Shown: positions 20,396-29,379 of the stretch, piece after piece | Layout of the letters: every line of letters begins with the position of its first letter | How positions within the stretch are numbered: the stretch's first letter is position 1 | NCBI GenBank assembly: GCA_963734725.1 | Contig: CAVTIX010000027.1 | Span: 14,967-78,966, forward strand | Source of the DNA: an uncultured Actinomycetes bacterium | GTDB taxonomy: Bacteria > Actinomycetota > Actinomycetes > Streptosporangiales > Streptosporangiaceae | DNA: 64,000 bases | Direction of reading: 5' to 3' | Notes under the pieces: model-generated | The model's database searches: none | What the model saw: the letters and a program-made list of their open reading frames with translations, nothing else | What the model was told of the DNA's origin: nothing | Program-made: the position numbers and the translations under genes

Positions 20396-20875
20396 CTATC
20401 GTGCGCCCGGTCGTGGCCGTTCTTTGATCCCGTCCGCGAGCAGGCCTACTACCTCGGCGATACGCGATGCACGAAGGTCCGGCCGGCGGGTCGTCGCATC
20501 GATGTAACGCAGGTAGGCCCTGCGGTAGAACTGCGCCAGCGTGTCGAAGAAGGCCCCAGCGGCCGGGTTGGCCGCCAGTGCTGCGGAGATGTCGTCGGCA
20601 AGATCGGCGCGCTGTGGGCCTTCCGGCGCCAGTTCAACGATCGCATCGGCACCTGCCGCAATACCCGTATGACGCATCCTCGCTGGGTTCAGGGTGAACG
20701 TCCATCCGCTGTCGTCAGGCGCAATCGTCACCCGCACCGGGCAGCCGTTGACCGTGCCGCTGACGTGATGCACAGCTTTGGCGCCCCACGCCTCGTCCGG
20801 GTCAAACGGAAGCGAAATAACGGCGTGACCACGGGAATTCACAGTGATCCGGGCGCGAAACCGTTCAACGCGCAT
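20396..20875 (-). CDS. DUF1905 / YdeI-OmpD-associated family protein
   Basis: The 159-aa ORF has an N-terminal DUF1905-like beta domain (FRARITVNSRGHAVISLPFDPDEAWG…VSGTVNG) and a C-terminal YdeI-like helix (FFDTLAQFYRRAYLRYIDATTRRPDLRASRIAEVVGLL). Confidence 0.7.
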   Translation of the reverse strand: MRVERFRARITVNSRGHAVISLPFDPDEAWGAKAVHHVSGTVNGCPVRVTIAPDDSGWTFTLNPARMRHTGIAAGADAIVELAPEGPQRADLADDISAALAANPAAGAFFDTLAQFYRRAYLRYIDATTRRPDLRASRIAEVVGLLADGIKERPRPGAR

Positions 20876-20878
20876 GGC

Positions 20879-22507
20879 CTATCCTTCCACGCCTGAGGCT
20901 AGGCCCAGGACCGGCGCGTAACGCATGGCGGGTGACGGTGCGGCGCCCAGCCGGCTCGCCATCGCCAACTCGACGCACTGGCACGCACCGGCCCCCGCGG
21001 GAACCTGCCAGGCCCGGCGCAGGTGCCAGGTCAGGTAGCAGGCGAGCATGCAGATCAGCACGTGGGCCTTGACGCGTTCTTCCAGCCGGTGCCAGATGGG
21101 CCGCAGGTCCAGGTCGTCGGATTTGATGTGCCGGAAGTCCCGCTCGACGTATTTGAGGTTTTTGTAGGCGGCCACCACGCTGGGGCCGTCCAGCTCGGCG
21201 GCGGGGACGGGGGTGCGCAGCACGTAGAACCCGTCCAGGGCGGCTTCCTCATCGATCTTGGCCTGGTCGCGGGTGACCGCCAGGCTGGTGTCAGTGATCA
21301 CGATGCTGAAGTGCTTGGCGGTCTTGTATCTGCTGATCACCTTGCCCACCTCGACCCCGATCTGGGCGGCGCCGGTGAGCCGGCCGGCCCGGACCCGGGC
21401 GATGAGGGGGGCGAGCAGCTTCTCGGTGGCGGCCAGCAGGTCTTCGCGCTTGCGGGCCCGCTCGGCGGCCAGCACCGGGTTGCGGCAGGCGACCAGCCGC
21501 TCGCCGGGGTAGTCATCGGAGGTGATCTCGGCGAGGTCCTGCTGATCGAACAGCGACATCTGCAGCGGCCCGCCCTCGGCGATCAGCTTCTTGATGGCGG
21601 GGGCGCGCAGCGCGGTGATCCACCCGTAGGGGTCCGGCCGGGCTGTGCCGTCCTCCAGCTGGTTCAACGCGGCGATCCGGGCGCTGGTGATCATGCCGCG
21701 GTCGCCGACCATGACCATCTTGGCCAGGCCGAACTTCTCCCGCACCACCGTGACGATCTCGGTGAACGCGCCGGGGTCGCCGGTGTTGCCGGGGAACACC
21801 CGGACCGCGACCGGGCGGCCCGCTGGGTCGGTGAGCAGCCCGTACTCGATCTGCAGCGTGCCTTTCTTGCCATCGCGGGAGTACCCGCGGGCGGCCAGCG
21901 GGCAGCACCGCCCCTCCAGCCAGGAGGACGACAGGTCAAACAGCGCCATCCGGGCCGGGTTCGCCTCCGGCCCCAGGTGGCGGCGGGCCAGCTCCGCCTC
22001 GATGGCGTCCTGCCTGCCTTCCAGCCAGTCCATCGCCGCGTAAATGTCATCGGTGCCGGCCTCCGCCACGCCCAGGTCGGCGCCCAGGGTGCTATCGGCC
22101 CACCAGGTCAGGGTGGCCAGCTTGGAGGCGGGCTTGACCACCCGGGAGATGATCAGGGCCAGGACCAGGTCCCGGTGCCGGCCCGGCGGGCCGAGCACCG
22201 CGGGCAGGCCCAGCTTCTTGGCCATCGCGTGGACGGCGGCGACGTGCCCGTGCGGCAGCGACCCGGTGATGGTGACCGCCTGCCCGGCGGGGACCAGTTG
22301 CTGGCCTTTCAGGCCCGCGTCGATCAGGTCGATGACGTGGCCGGGCAGCGCGGAGATGTTGGCTACGGTCTCGTTCTTGACCTTGCCGGCCTCCCGGTAG
22401 GTGCGCCGCAGGTAGGCCGAGGAGTAGTCCCGGGCCTGGCCTTGCTTGTCGACATAGCCCGTCTTCCTGACTCTGACTACGTGCACTCTGCCGCTGTTCC
22501 GCGTCAT
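20879..22507 (-). mobile_element. IS1634-family (IS4-like DDE) transposase gene, apparently truncated at its 3' end
   Basis: The 542-aa ORF begins with the family-typical MTRNSGRVHVVRVRKTGYVDKQGQARDYSSAYLRRTYREAGKVKNETVANISALP. Similarity runs to …RVKAHVLICMLACYLTWHLRRAW (about 20990). No frame after that looks transposase-like and no right inverted repeat is evident. Confidence 0.75.
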
Positions 22508-22686
22508 AGCCTAATCGTAGAGGGAACTTCGCGCATGATGCCGTAGCGACACGCCAATTTTTCTGACTACGCTCTATGAGCAAATCCCGCTAAAAGCGCA
22601 GTTCAGGCTGCAACGCCTACGGAGAGCTACGGTAGGGTGAGGGACTGGCGCGGTGGCCGAGGCTCCGTTTCCAGCCCCTCCCCGTC

Positions 22687-22719
22687 GAACCGTGCATGCG
22701 GTTCTCTCGCACACGGCTC
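22687..22719 (-). ncRNA. Group II intron domain V
   Basis: The minus strand reads GAGCCGUGUGCGAGAGAACCGCAUGCACGGUUC. This is the canonical ~34-nt DV hairpin with the AGC triad at its base. It lies 11 nt after the RT stop codon. Confidence 0.8.
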
Positions 22720-22730
22720 TCCGACGTTCT

Positions 22731-24275
22731 TCACCGTCGGCGTTCGGCCGGTGCCCGCCAGGGCCGGAAGGGCCTGGGGGCGATGACGGTTCCGCACAAG
22801 GTGATCAGCCCGAAGTTGTCCGGTGACCCGCAGGTCACCAGGCGCATGCCCCAGATACGGCTGCGTTTGTGGCGTTTGGCCACGAACCCGGCCAGCCGTT
22901 CCAGGGCGTACTGGCTGATCGCATCGAACATGCGGGCGGAGTTTCCGTAGCGGAAGTATCCGCCCCAGCCGCGCAGGAACAGGTTGAGTTCCTCCACGAT
23001 CCATTCGTTGGGCAGCAGCAGCCGCTTCCGTCCGGTGATCTGCCGGATCCGGTCGCGGGCGTGCTGGGCCGCCTTGCGCGAGGGCCAGCGGGCGAGGAAG
23101 CAGACCCGGCTGGGCTTGACCGTGCCCCGGGCGCGCACCCACCGGTGATGGAAGCCGAGGAAGTCGAACCCCTCGGCGTCCTTGTCCTCGGTCAGGTGCA
23201 CGATCCGGGTCTTGGCCTCCTTCAGTTCCAGGCCCAGCCCGCCCAGCAGTTGCCGCAGCCGCCCCAGGGCGGCTTCAGCCTGCTGCCGGGTGTCGCACAT
23301 CACCACCAGGTCATCGCAGTAGCGCACCAGCACCCCGTGCTCGCGCGCGTCCCATACCCGGTCCAGCCGGTGCAGGTAGATGTTGCAGAGCAACGGGGAT
23401 GCCGGGCCGCCTTGCGGGGCCCCGGTCACCTCCCGCCGCACCTGCCCGCCTTCCATCACCCCGGCGCGCAGCATCGCCCGCAGGAGCGTCAAGACGGCCT
23501 GGTCGCTGATGCGTTCCTCGACCGCTCGCATCAACTTGCCGTGCGGAATCGCGGAAAAGCAGTTCGCGATGTCCGTCTCGACCACCCACCGCCGACCCTG
23601 CCAGGCCTCGTCGATGAGGACTTGCAGAGCATCGTGCGCCGACCGCTTCGGGCGGAACCCGAAGCTGCACGGGGCGAAGTCCGCTTCGAAGACCGGCTCA
23701 AGCACGATCTTCACCGCGGCCTGCACGATCCGGTCGCGGACCGCGGCGATCGCCAGCGGCCTGCGCTCGGCACTGCCCGGTTTGGGGATCAGCACCTGCC
23801 GCGCAGGCATGGGACGCCACGTCCCGGCCCGCAACTCACTGGCCAGCTCGCCGAGCAGCCGGGTCACCCCGTACTCCTCGACGTCGGCCAAGGTGGTCTT
23901 GTCGATGCCCGGCGCGCCGTTGTTACGGCGCACCGCGATCCACGCCCGCCACAAGACGTCTTCGCGGTAGACCTTGTCTCGCAGCGCATGGAACCGTCGT
24001 TTCGGGTCGGCCTTGGCCGCCCGGTAAAGCACATGCTGCAGGGCGCGAACCCCGTCCCCGTGGACGGCCGCCAGGGTGGACCTAGCCGTATTTCCGGCAC
24101 TCACCGATCCGGGCCTCCCAGCTTGCGCGTGAACGAAGCAGCGGCCCTTCCCTCCCCGCAGGTTGTGTTGTCCTGCAGGTCCGACCGGTACTACGGCCGC
24201 ATCCGACTCCCTCCCGGCACCCCGCCCGCTTCCCGGCTCCTCACCGGTTATAGAACGGCGCGCTTCCACGGGCAC
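22731..24275 (-). CDS. Group II intron reverse transcriptase/maturase (no obvious endonuclease domain)
   Basis: RT blocks NNGAPGIDKTTL, RQVLIPKPGSAERRPLAI, PQGGPASPLLCNIYLHRLD and YCDDLVVMC, followed by a maturase-like LRGWGGYFRYGN. The true start is probably downstream of 24275, near 24.1 kb. Confidence 0.85.
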   Translation of the reverse strand: MPVEARRSITGEEPGSGRGAGRESDAAVVPVGPAGQHNLRGGKGRCFVHAQAGRPGSVSAGNTARSTLAAVHGDGVRALQHVLYRAAKADPKRRFHALRDKVYREDVLWRAWIAVRRNNGAPGIDKTTLADVEEYGVTRLLGELASELRAGTWRPMPARQVLIPKPGSAERRPLAIAAVRDRIVQAAVKIVLEPVFEADFAPCSFGFRPKRSAHDALQVLIDEAWQGRRWVVETDIANCFSAIPHGKLMRAVEERISDQAVLTLLRAMLRAGVMEGGQVRREVTGAPQGGPASPLLCNIYLHRLDRVWDAREHGVLVRYCDDLVVMCDTRQQAEAALGRLRQLLGGLGLELKEAKTRIVHLTEDKDAEGFDFLGFHHRWVRARGTVKPSRVCFLARWPSRKAAQHARDRIRQITGRKRLLLPNEWIVEELNLFLRGWGGYFRYGNSARMFDAISQYALERLAGFVAKRHKRSRIWGMRLVTCGSPDNFGLITLCGTVIAPRPFRPWRAPAERRR

Positions 24276-24689
24276 CGGAGCCCGCTTCGGCCGGGGAGGG
24301 CCTCCCCAGTTCCCGCCGCCACCATCTGAACGTTCCGCGCCCCTTACGCCGGGCAGTTCCTCGCGGCTGCACTTCCAGGATCTTCGCCGCTTCCCTGGCC
24401 TTCACCGTGATTACACCGGCTCGGCACTGCCTCATCCCCTAACGACGCTGCAGGCTTCGCTTCACGCTACGGACCGCTCAGTCGCTCCCCTCCTTTGAAA
24501 GGGCTTTCGACGCTGGGCTCCGGCCCGGCCCGTTTCCAGACCAGACCGCCAGCCTGCTACCGGGCCTCCTGGCAGCTACCCGGACCGGACTTACACCGGC
24601 AGGCGACGACGAGCTTCTGATCAGGTCATGATCGCTGGACAATCACCTCCTGATGCGCTGGGCGCACGCAACTTGGGTTTAGTAGCTCG

Positions 24690-24917
24690 TCAGTCCTGAA
24701 TTGCAGGGTAGAGATGCTTGAGCTTGATTGGGCATCCGCGGTCGTGAAGCGCCAGTCGCCCCCGGCCAGAAGCGCTGCGCGCCTCCTGCCACCGTGACCT
24801 CCCTCTCCAGCGTTGCCCGGTCGGCCAGCCGCCGATCCAGGCACTGCCCGGCCAGCATCGCAAGCTCGATCTCGGCCATGTTCAGCCAACTGCCGTGCTT
24901 GGGCGTGTTGGCAATTC
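24690..24917 (-). pseudogene. C-terminal remnant of an IS630-family transposase (5'-truncated, one frame change near 24725)
   Basis: NTPKHGSWLNMAEIELAMLAGQCLDRRLADRATLEREV is the conserved IS630/Tc1-like C-terminal block. The typical ending DWRFTTADAQIKLKHLYPAIQD* (stop at 24692-24690) is recovered only with a 1-nt shift at gcccaatcaag. Confidence 0.6.
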
Positions 24918-24924
24918 CAGCCGC

Positions 24925-25122
24925 TTGACCTCGGCAGGCGCCTACCGGGCGGCGGGGGACCTCGACAGGGCCATCCCGCTGTACGAGGCCACCCTCGCCG
25001 ACTGCACCCGGGTGCTGGGCGACGACCACCTGCTTACCAAGACCGTTCGCGACAACTTGCGTGGCCTGAGCGGGTGGTATAGCGGGTTATCACCCGTTCG
25101 CCCGCGAGTTCAGCATGGCTGA
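24925..25122 (+). pseudogene. C-terminal fragment of a TPR-repeat protein
   Basis: …AYRAAGDLDRAIPLYEATLADCTRVLGDDHLLTKTVRDNLRGL resembles the TPR units of the STAND protein at 62266 onward. It abuts the truncated IS630 remnant and has no N-terminal part. Confidence 0.4.
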
Positions 25123-25466
25123 AGGTGCCGCGCGGGGAACGCGCGGGTCATCTGGGACTTGGCGGCGGCGATCAACGTGGGTTCGTGGCGGTCATGGTGC
25201 TCGAACTTGGCAGCACCCGACTTGCGTGCCCAGGCGCTGCCGTTTCGTGACAGACGGTCACAGCTCGAGGGTCGCACGGCGCGCGATGTCCGCCCAATTG
25301 GGCGGCGGGAGCGTCGAGTTCTGGTAGCGCGCAACTGCGCAGATCGGGCGTTCCGGTCCGGCGGTGTGCGGAACGCGGCGAGCGCGGTGCTTGCCCCAGG
25401 CACGGGCGCAGGCGTCCATCACCTGGCGTGGCGTGCGCGCGGAGCTGTCGCTTGTCGCGCCGGCAG

Positions 25467-26450
25467 CTAGCTCCAGCACCGGTGGGCCGGCGAGGTCTCG
25501 TTGACGACGAACGCCTGGAGGTGGCCGGAGGCGTCTTTGTAGAACCCGCCGGCGCTACAGTTGCCCGCCCGCGCGCACGACACCGAGATGATCTCGGCGT
25601 CCCCGCCCTTGTTCAAGGCTGCGATGCCGGGGACCTGCTGCGCTCGCCCCCAGACGCCCTTGGCCTCCCCGGCGACGAACGTCTGTGTGTTGCCGGAGGC
25701 GTCTAGGTAGGACCCGCCGGCGCTGCAGTTGCCCGCCCGGGCGCACGACACCGAGGTGATCGCGGCTTCCCCGCCCTTGCTTACCGCGGTGCCGGGGACC
25801 TGCTGCGCTCGCCCCCAGATGCCCTTGGCCTCCCCGGCGACGAACGCCTGGGGGCGGCCGAAGGCGTCTGTGTGGAACCCGCCGGCGCTGCAGCTGCCCG
25901 CCGAAGCGCACGACACCGACTCGATCACGGCGTTCCCGCCCTTGTTCAGGGCCGCGGTGCCGGGAACCTGCTGCGCTTTCCCCCAGACGCCGTTCACCTC
26001 CCCGGCGACGAACGCCTGGCCGCGGCCGGAAGGCGTCTGGGTAGCGCCCGCCGGCGCTGCAGTTGCCCGCCGAAGCGCACGACACCGAGAAGATCACGGC
26101 GTTCCCGCCCTTGTTCAGGGCCGCGGTGCCGGGAACCTGTTGCGCTTTCCCCCAGACGCCCCTCACCTCCCCGGCCACGAACGCCTGGAGATGGCCGGAG
26201 GCGTCCGCGTAGAACCCGCCGGCGCTGCAGTCGCCCGCCCGGCCGCACGACACCGAGGAGATCTCGGCGTCCCCGCCCTTGTTCAGGGCCGCGGTGCCGG
26301 GGACCTCCTCCGCTGGCCCCCAGATGCCGTTGGCCTCCCCGGCCACGAACGCCTGGGTGCGGCGGGAGGCGTCTGTGTAGCGCCCGCAGGCCGGACCCGC
26401 ACCCGCCGCCGGCCACCTCCGCGATCGCCCCGCCGACCGTCTCGGCCACG
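25467..26450 (-). pseudogene. ORF built from about six tandem ~56-aa Cys-containing repeats; N-terminally incomplete, frame change near 26030
   Basis: Repeat consensus QAFVAGEx(K/N)G(V/I)WGxAQQVPGTAALNKGGxAxIxSVSCAxAGNCSAGGxYxDASG. DNA periods measured between CCCGCC anchor points are 168, 165, 169, 177 and 159 bp. The 169-bp unit breaks the frame (ORFs 25555..26346 and 25467..25997). No signal peptide or start context is visible upstream. Confidence 0.55.
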
Positions 26451-26824
26451 TCCAGCCGCCCAGGCCAGCGCGAACGCCGGCAAGGATCGGCCTATGGGCT
26501 CAGTTGGCCTCCTCGCACCCGCCTGAGCCCTTCACCGGGTGGTTGCTCAGAGCGCGTTGAGGCTGAGCGCGGGCCGGGTCAGGCCGAGTGCGCAGTTGGC
26601 TTGACTGGCCAGGGGGCCGATCGAACGCCGCTGACGAGTGATCTCGACGTTGGTTACGAACAGGTCTGGATCACCCATCCGCTCCAGGCATGCCCAGACA
26701 CCTGTAGACACGGGGCTCCGGCAGTGGCCCTCAGTTGAGCTGGCACTATCCCAGGCTGCGAGCCTGTTGGCCCCACTTTTGGCCCCACCAGCTTGTTCGG
26801 ATCTTTCGAATTAATCCTCTGAGC

Positions 26825-26900
26825 TGGAGCCCCCTTACGGAATCGAACCGTAGACCTTCTCCTTACCATGGAGACGCTCTGCCGACTGAGCTAAGGGGGC
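26825..26900 (-). tRNA. tRNA-Thr (anticodon GGU), CCA encoded
   Basis: The minus strand reads GCCCCCUUAGCUCAGUCGGCAGAGCGUCUCCAUGGUAAGGAGAAGGUCUACGGUUCGAUUCCGUAAGGGGGCUCCA. It folds into a cloverleaf with acceptor GCCCCCU/AGGGGGC, anticodon stem UCUCC/GGAGA, loop AUGGUAA and T-loop UUCGAUU. Confidence 0.9.
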
Positions 26901-27014
26901 AGGTATTAGGTTGTCTGACCTGGTGCTTTGTGCCTAACAGCCGGAACCTCAGGCGCCGTACAGCGGGTCCTGACCTAGGAGAGCTTAGTGCACCGGCACG
27001 TAATTGCGGTTGCG

Positions 27015-28411
27015 TTACGCGCTCCTCGCCGTGGGGCGAGCGACTCCCCGCCTGGCCTTGGGAGAGCTGGGCAGGGCGGGCCGGTGCCGGCCAGAGGACC
27101 CGCGGGCGCTGCGGGGATGGGCGCGGCGCCGGGGGTCACGCCGTGCCGGTGACACCCCTGGCAGGTGGGCCCCGGCTCGGCGGTGCGTGACAGCGGCCGG
27201 GAGGGCGGCCGGTGTGGTGCCGCCGCCGCTGCGGGCGGCGATGTTGGCGGCCGCAAGCAGATCGCGGTGCCCGGTCAGGCCACATGACGGGCAGGACATA
27301 ACCCGCCCGGCAGGCTTGGGAATGCGTTCGCCGCAGGCCGGGCAGGTGGAGGAGGTTCCCCGCTCATCCACCAGCCTCACGATGATCCCGGCCGTTTCGG
27401 CCTTGTCGTGCAGCGCCCGGAGGAGGTGGCCGATCCGCCAGGCGCGGATGCGCTGGTTATGCCGTCGCCCCGCGGCGAGGGCAAGCACGCCGCGCGGGTC
27501 ACCCACTGCTAGCGTTCCGATCTTCCGCTGCTGCGCCCAGGCGACAACCTTCCGGGCGGCTTCATGCTGAGCCTGCCGGATCCGCCGCCGGTGGCGGGCC
27601 TCTGCCATCCGCTGGCGCCGGCGGTGTTTGCGCCACCGCCGCGACCCGCGCTGACCCGGCATGGGTGCCCTATGGGCCACCGCCCGGCGCCGCGCCTTGA
27701 CGTCGCGCAAGTGCTGGTGGCACTCGGCGCGCAGGGCCCGCCCCGATACCAGCAGAGCCTGGCCGCCCGGCCCGGCCACCGCGTAGGGGTGGATGATCCC
27801 CACGTCCACCCCCGCCACCCGCGAGCGCTCCGGCCTTCCCGCATCCGGGTAGCACGTGACTGGCACCTCGGCAGTGATGTCCACCCACAACCGGCCCGCG
27901 TCATAGACCAAAGTTGCCGAGCGAACCTGGCCGCCCGGGTAGGGCAAGTCCCGGTCCAGCCGGACGGTCAGCGGCGGGCGGCCTTTCGCGACCGGGACCC
28001 GCAGCCGCCTGCCATCCAGGCCAAACTGCCGTGATACCAGCGCACCGGCACCACCCGGCGGCGCCGGCGCGGGAACCGTGCCGTGATATCCCCGGCCCGG
28101 CGGCGTTTCGCAGCGGCGAACCAGGCGTCCGAATAGCGGCGCAGGACCGACCGGGCACCGGTCGTGTCCAGCTCCCCAAACGTCCCCGGCCCGGAAGCAG
28201 CCAGCTCCCGGCACAGTTCCTGGTACCCAGCCAGCGGAGTCGCCTGGCGGGCCCGCCGCCAGGCGTTCAGCTCCAAGACACAGCACCAGACGTCCCCGGC
28301 CGACACCAGCAGGCCCAGCAAACGGCGCCGCTGGGCACCGGTCAGCCGCAGCCCCGCCCGGGCAGAGCGGTACACCACCCGAGGCGACCCAGCATCCCGC
28401 TGCCGTGGCAT
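27015..28411 (-). mobile_element. tnpB: Stand-alone TnpB (IS200/IS605-family OrfB, RNA-guided nuclease type), frame change near 28021-28035; no tnpA
   Basis: The N-terminal part from the ATG at 28411 (MPRQRDAGSPRVVYRSARAGLRLTGAQRRRLLGLL…VRWYHG) is in ORF 27968..28534. The rest (FGLDGRRLRVPVAKG…VAGVDVGIIHPYAV…LVDERGTSSTCPACGERIPKPAGRVMSCPSCGLTGHRDLLAAANIA) is in ORF 27015..28463. RuvC D/E/D contexts and a zinc finger are present. Confidence 0.75.
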
Positions 28412-28541
28412 GCTCACAGCACACCAGCAACCACCGACAAACCTCACGGGCAAGCAACCGCATCCCGGACGCTTGCGTACTTCAGCGAAATCTCTGGTAG
28501 AGGGCGGCGCTAGCCGACCAGAGCCTGCATACAACCCACAG

Positions 28542-29178
28542 TCAGGGGCGGGTGACGGTCTGCACGGGCGTGATCATGTACGTGCCCGACAGTGCGGCGG
28601 TGTCCCCGTCGTGGAATACGTCGCCGCAGCCCTGGACCTGGTAGATCTGCAGGTTGCCGCGAGCGCGGAGGGCCTGCAGCCTGCCGGTGGCATTGACGTA
28701 CCGAAACCGTACTGTCCCGTTGCCCGCGGTGGCGCTGGTGCCGTCCGCCCTGAGGTTGCAGAAGGTTGGGTCGGTGAAGTGAAGATGCACGCCCGTTATC
28801 GTGCCGGTCGTGGTGCCCGTGGCCGGCTGGTAGGACTTGGCAATGACTTTCCAGGGCAGACGGCCCGCGGTCAGGGTGAAGCAGCCGCCCCGGAAGCTCG
28901 CCGCGGCGATGGATCCGATGCTTGCACCGGGCAGCCCGGAGCCTGACCTGAACGTCCCCCGCGACGAGGACGATGCGCAAATGATCGCAGCCTGCCGTGT
29001 TGTCGTGTCGGCTAGCTCCGTTGTGCCCGCATGCCCGGTGAACGAGCCGCCCGGGCTCACCGTCCAGCCTGCGCCGGCGGCCGGGGAAGTCGCCTGCGCC
29101 GAGCGCAAAGGCGGCGAGCGCAGCAGCCACGGCGGCGAGGAGCAGACGCGTCGCGCGGGACGATGCAACCAGCCGCAT
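28542..29178 (-). pseudogene. Secreted hypothetical protein; signal peptide and mature part are in different frames (junction about 29075-29090)
   Basis: The signal peptide from the ATG at 29178 (MRLVASSRATRLLLAAVAAALAAFALGAG) is in ORF 28510..29238. The mature part (ATSPAAGAGWTVSPGGSFTGHAGTTELADTTT… to the stop at 28542) is in ORF 28542..29186. Confidence 0.5.
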
Positions 29179-29379
29179 AAGAGCATGGCTACGACCCGGG
29201 TGGCGGCGCGTCAATGCCTCGCCCGGTGACAAGACCATGGTGCGGGAGCCGACCCGCGCACACCGCTTAGAAGGCGGTGCCGGCGGCGCGCTTGGAAGCG
29301 ATAGCGGCGGGCGTGTTAGAAGGCGGTACCGGCGGCGTGTTTGGAGGCGATAGCGGCAGCGTGCGTGGTGTCCGCCAGG

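Larger units (their letters stand above)
22632..24667 (-). mobile_element. Group II intron (2,036 nt), apparently complete
   Basis: The 5' end reads GUGCGCC at 24667 on the minus strand. The RT/maturase ORF lies inside, with domain V at 22719-22687. A 3-nt linker leads to a domain VI helix GGGGAGGGGCUGG/CCAGUCCCUCACCC with one bulged A 7 nt from the 3' end …ACCCUAC (last nt at 22632). Confidence 0.8.

Noticed and set aside
25110-25479. Minus-strand ORFs 25258..25479 and 25110..25403 as a possible frameshifted gene between the TPR fragment and the Cys-repeat array
   Set aside because: I could not recognise any family motif in any frame. This may be another remnant, but there is not enough evidence to call a feature.
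26654-26869. 71-aa minus-strand ORF overlapping the tRNA
   Set aside because: It is the translation of the tRNA-Thr gene and its flank (…STVRFRKGAP…), not a protein gene.
29267-29364. The two 49-bp repeat copies considered as tandem small-peptide genes (…AAIASK(R/H)AAGTAF*)
   Set aside because: Neither copy has an ATG, GTG or TTG start in frame, and the 49-bp period puts the copies in different frames.
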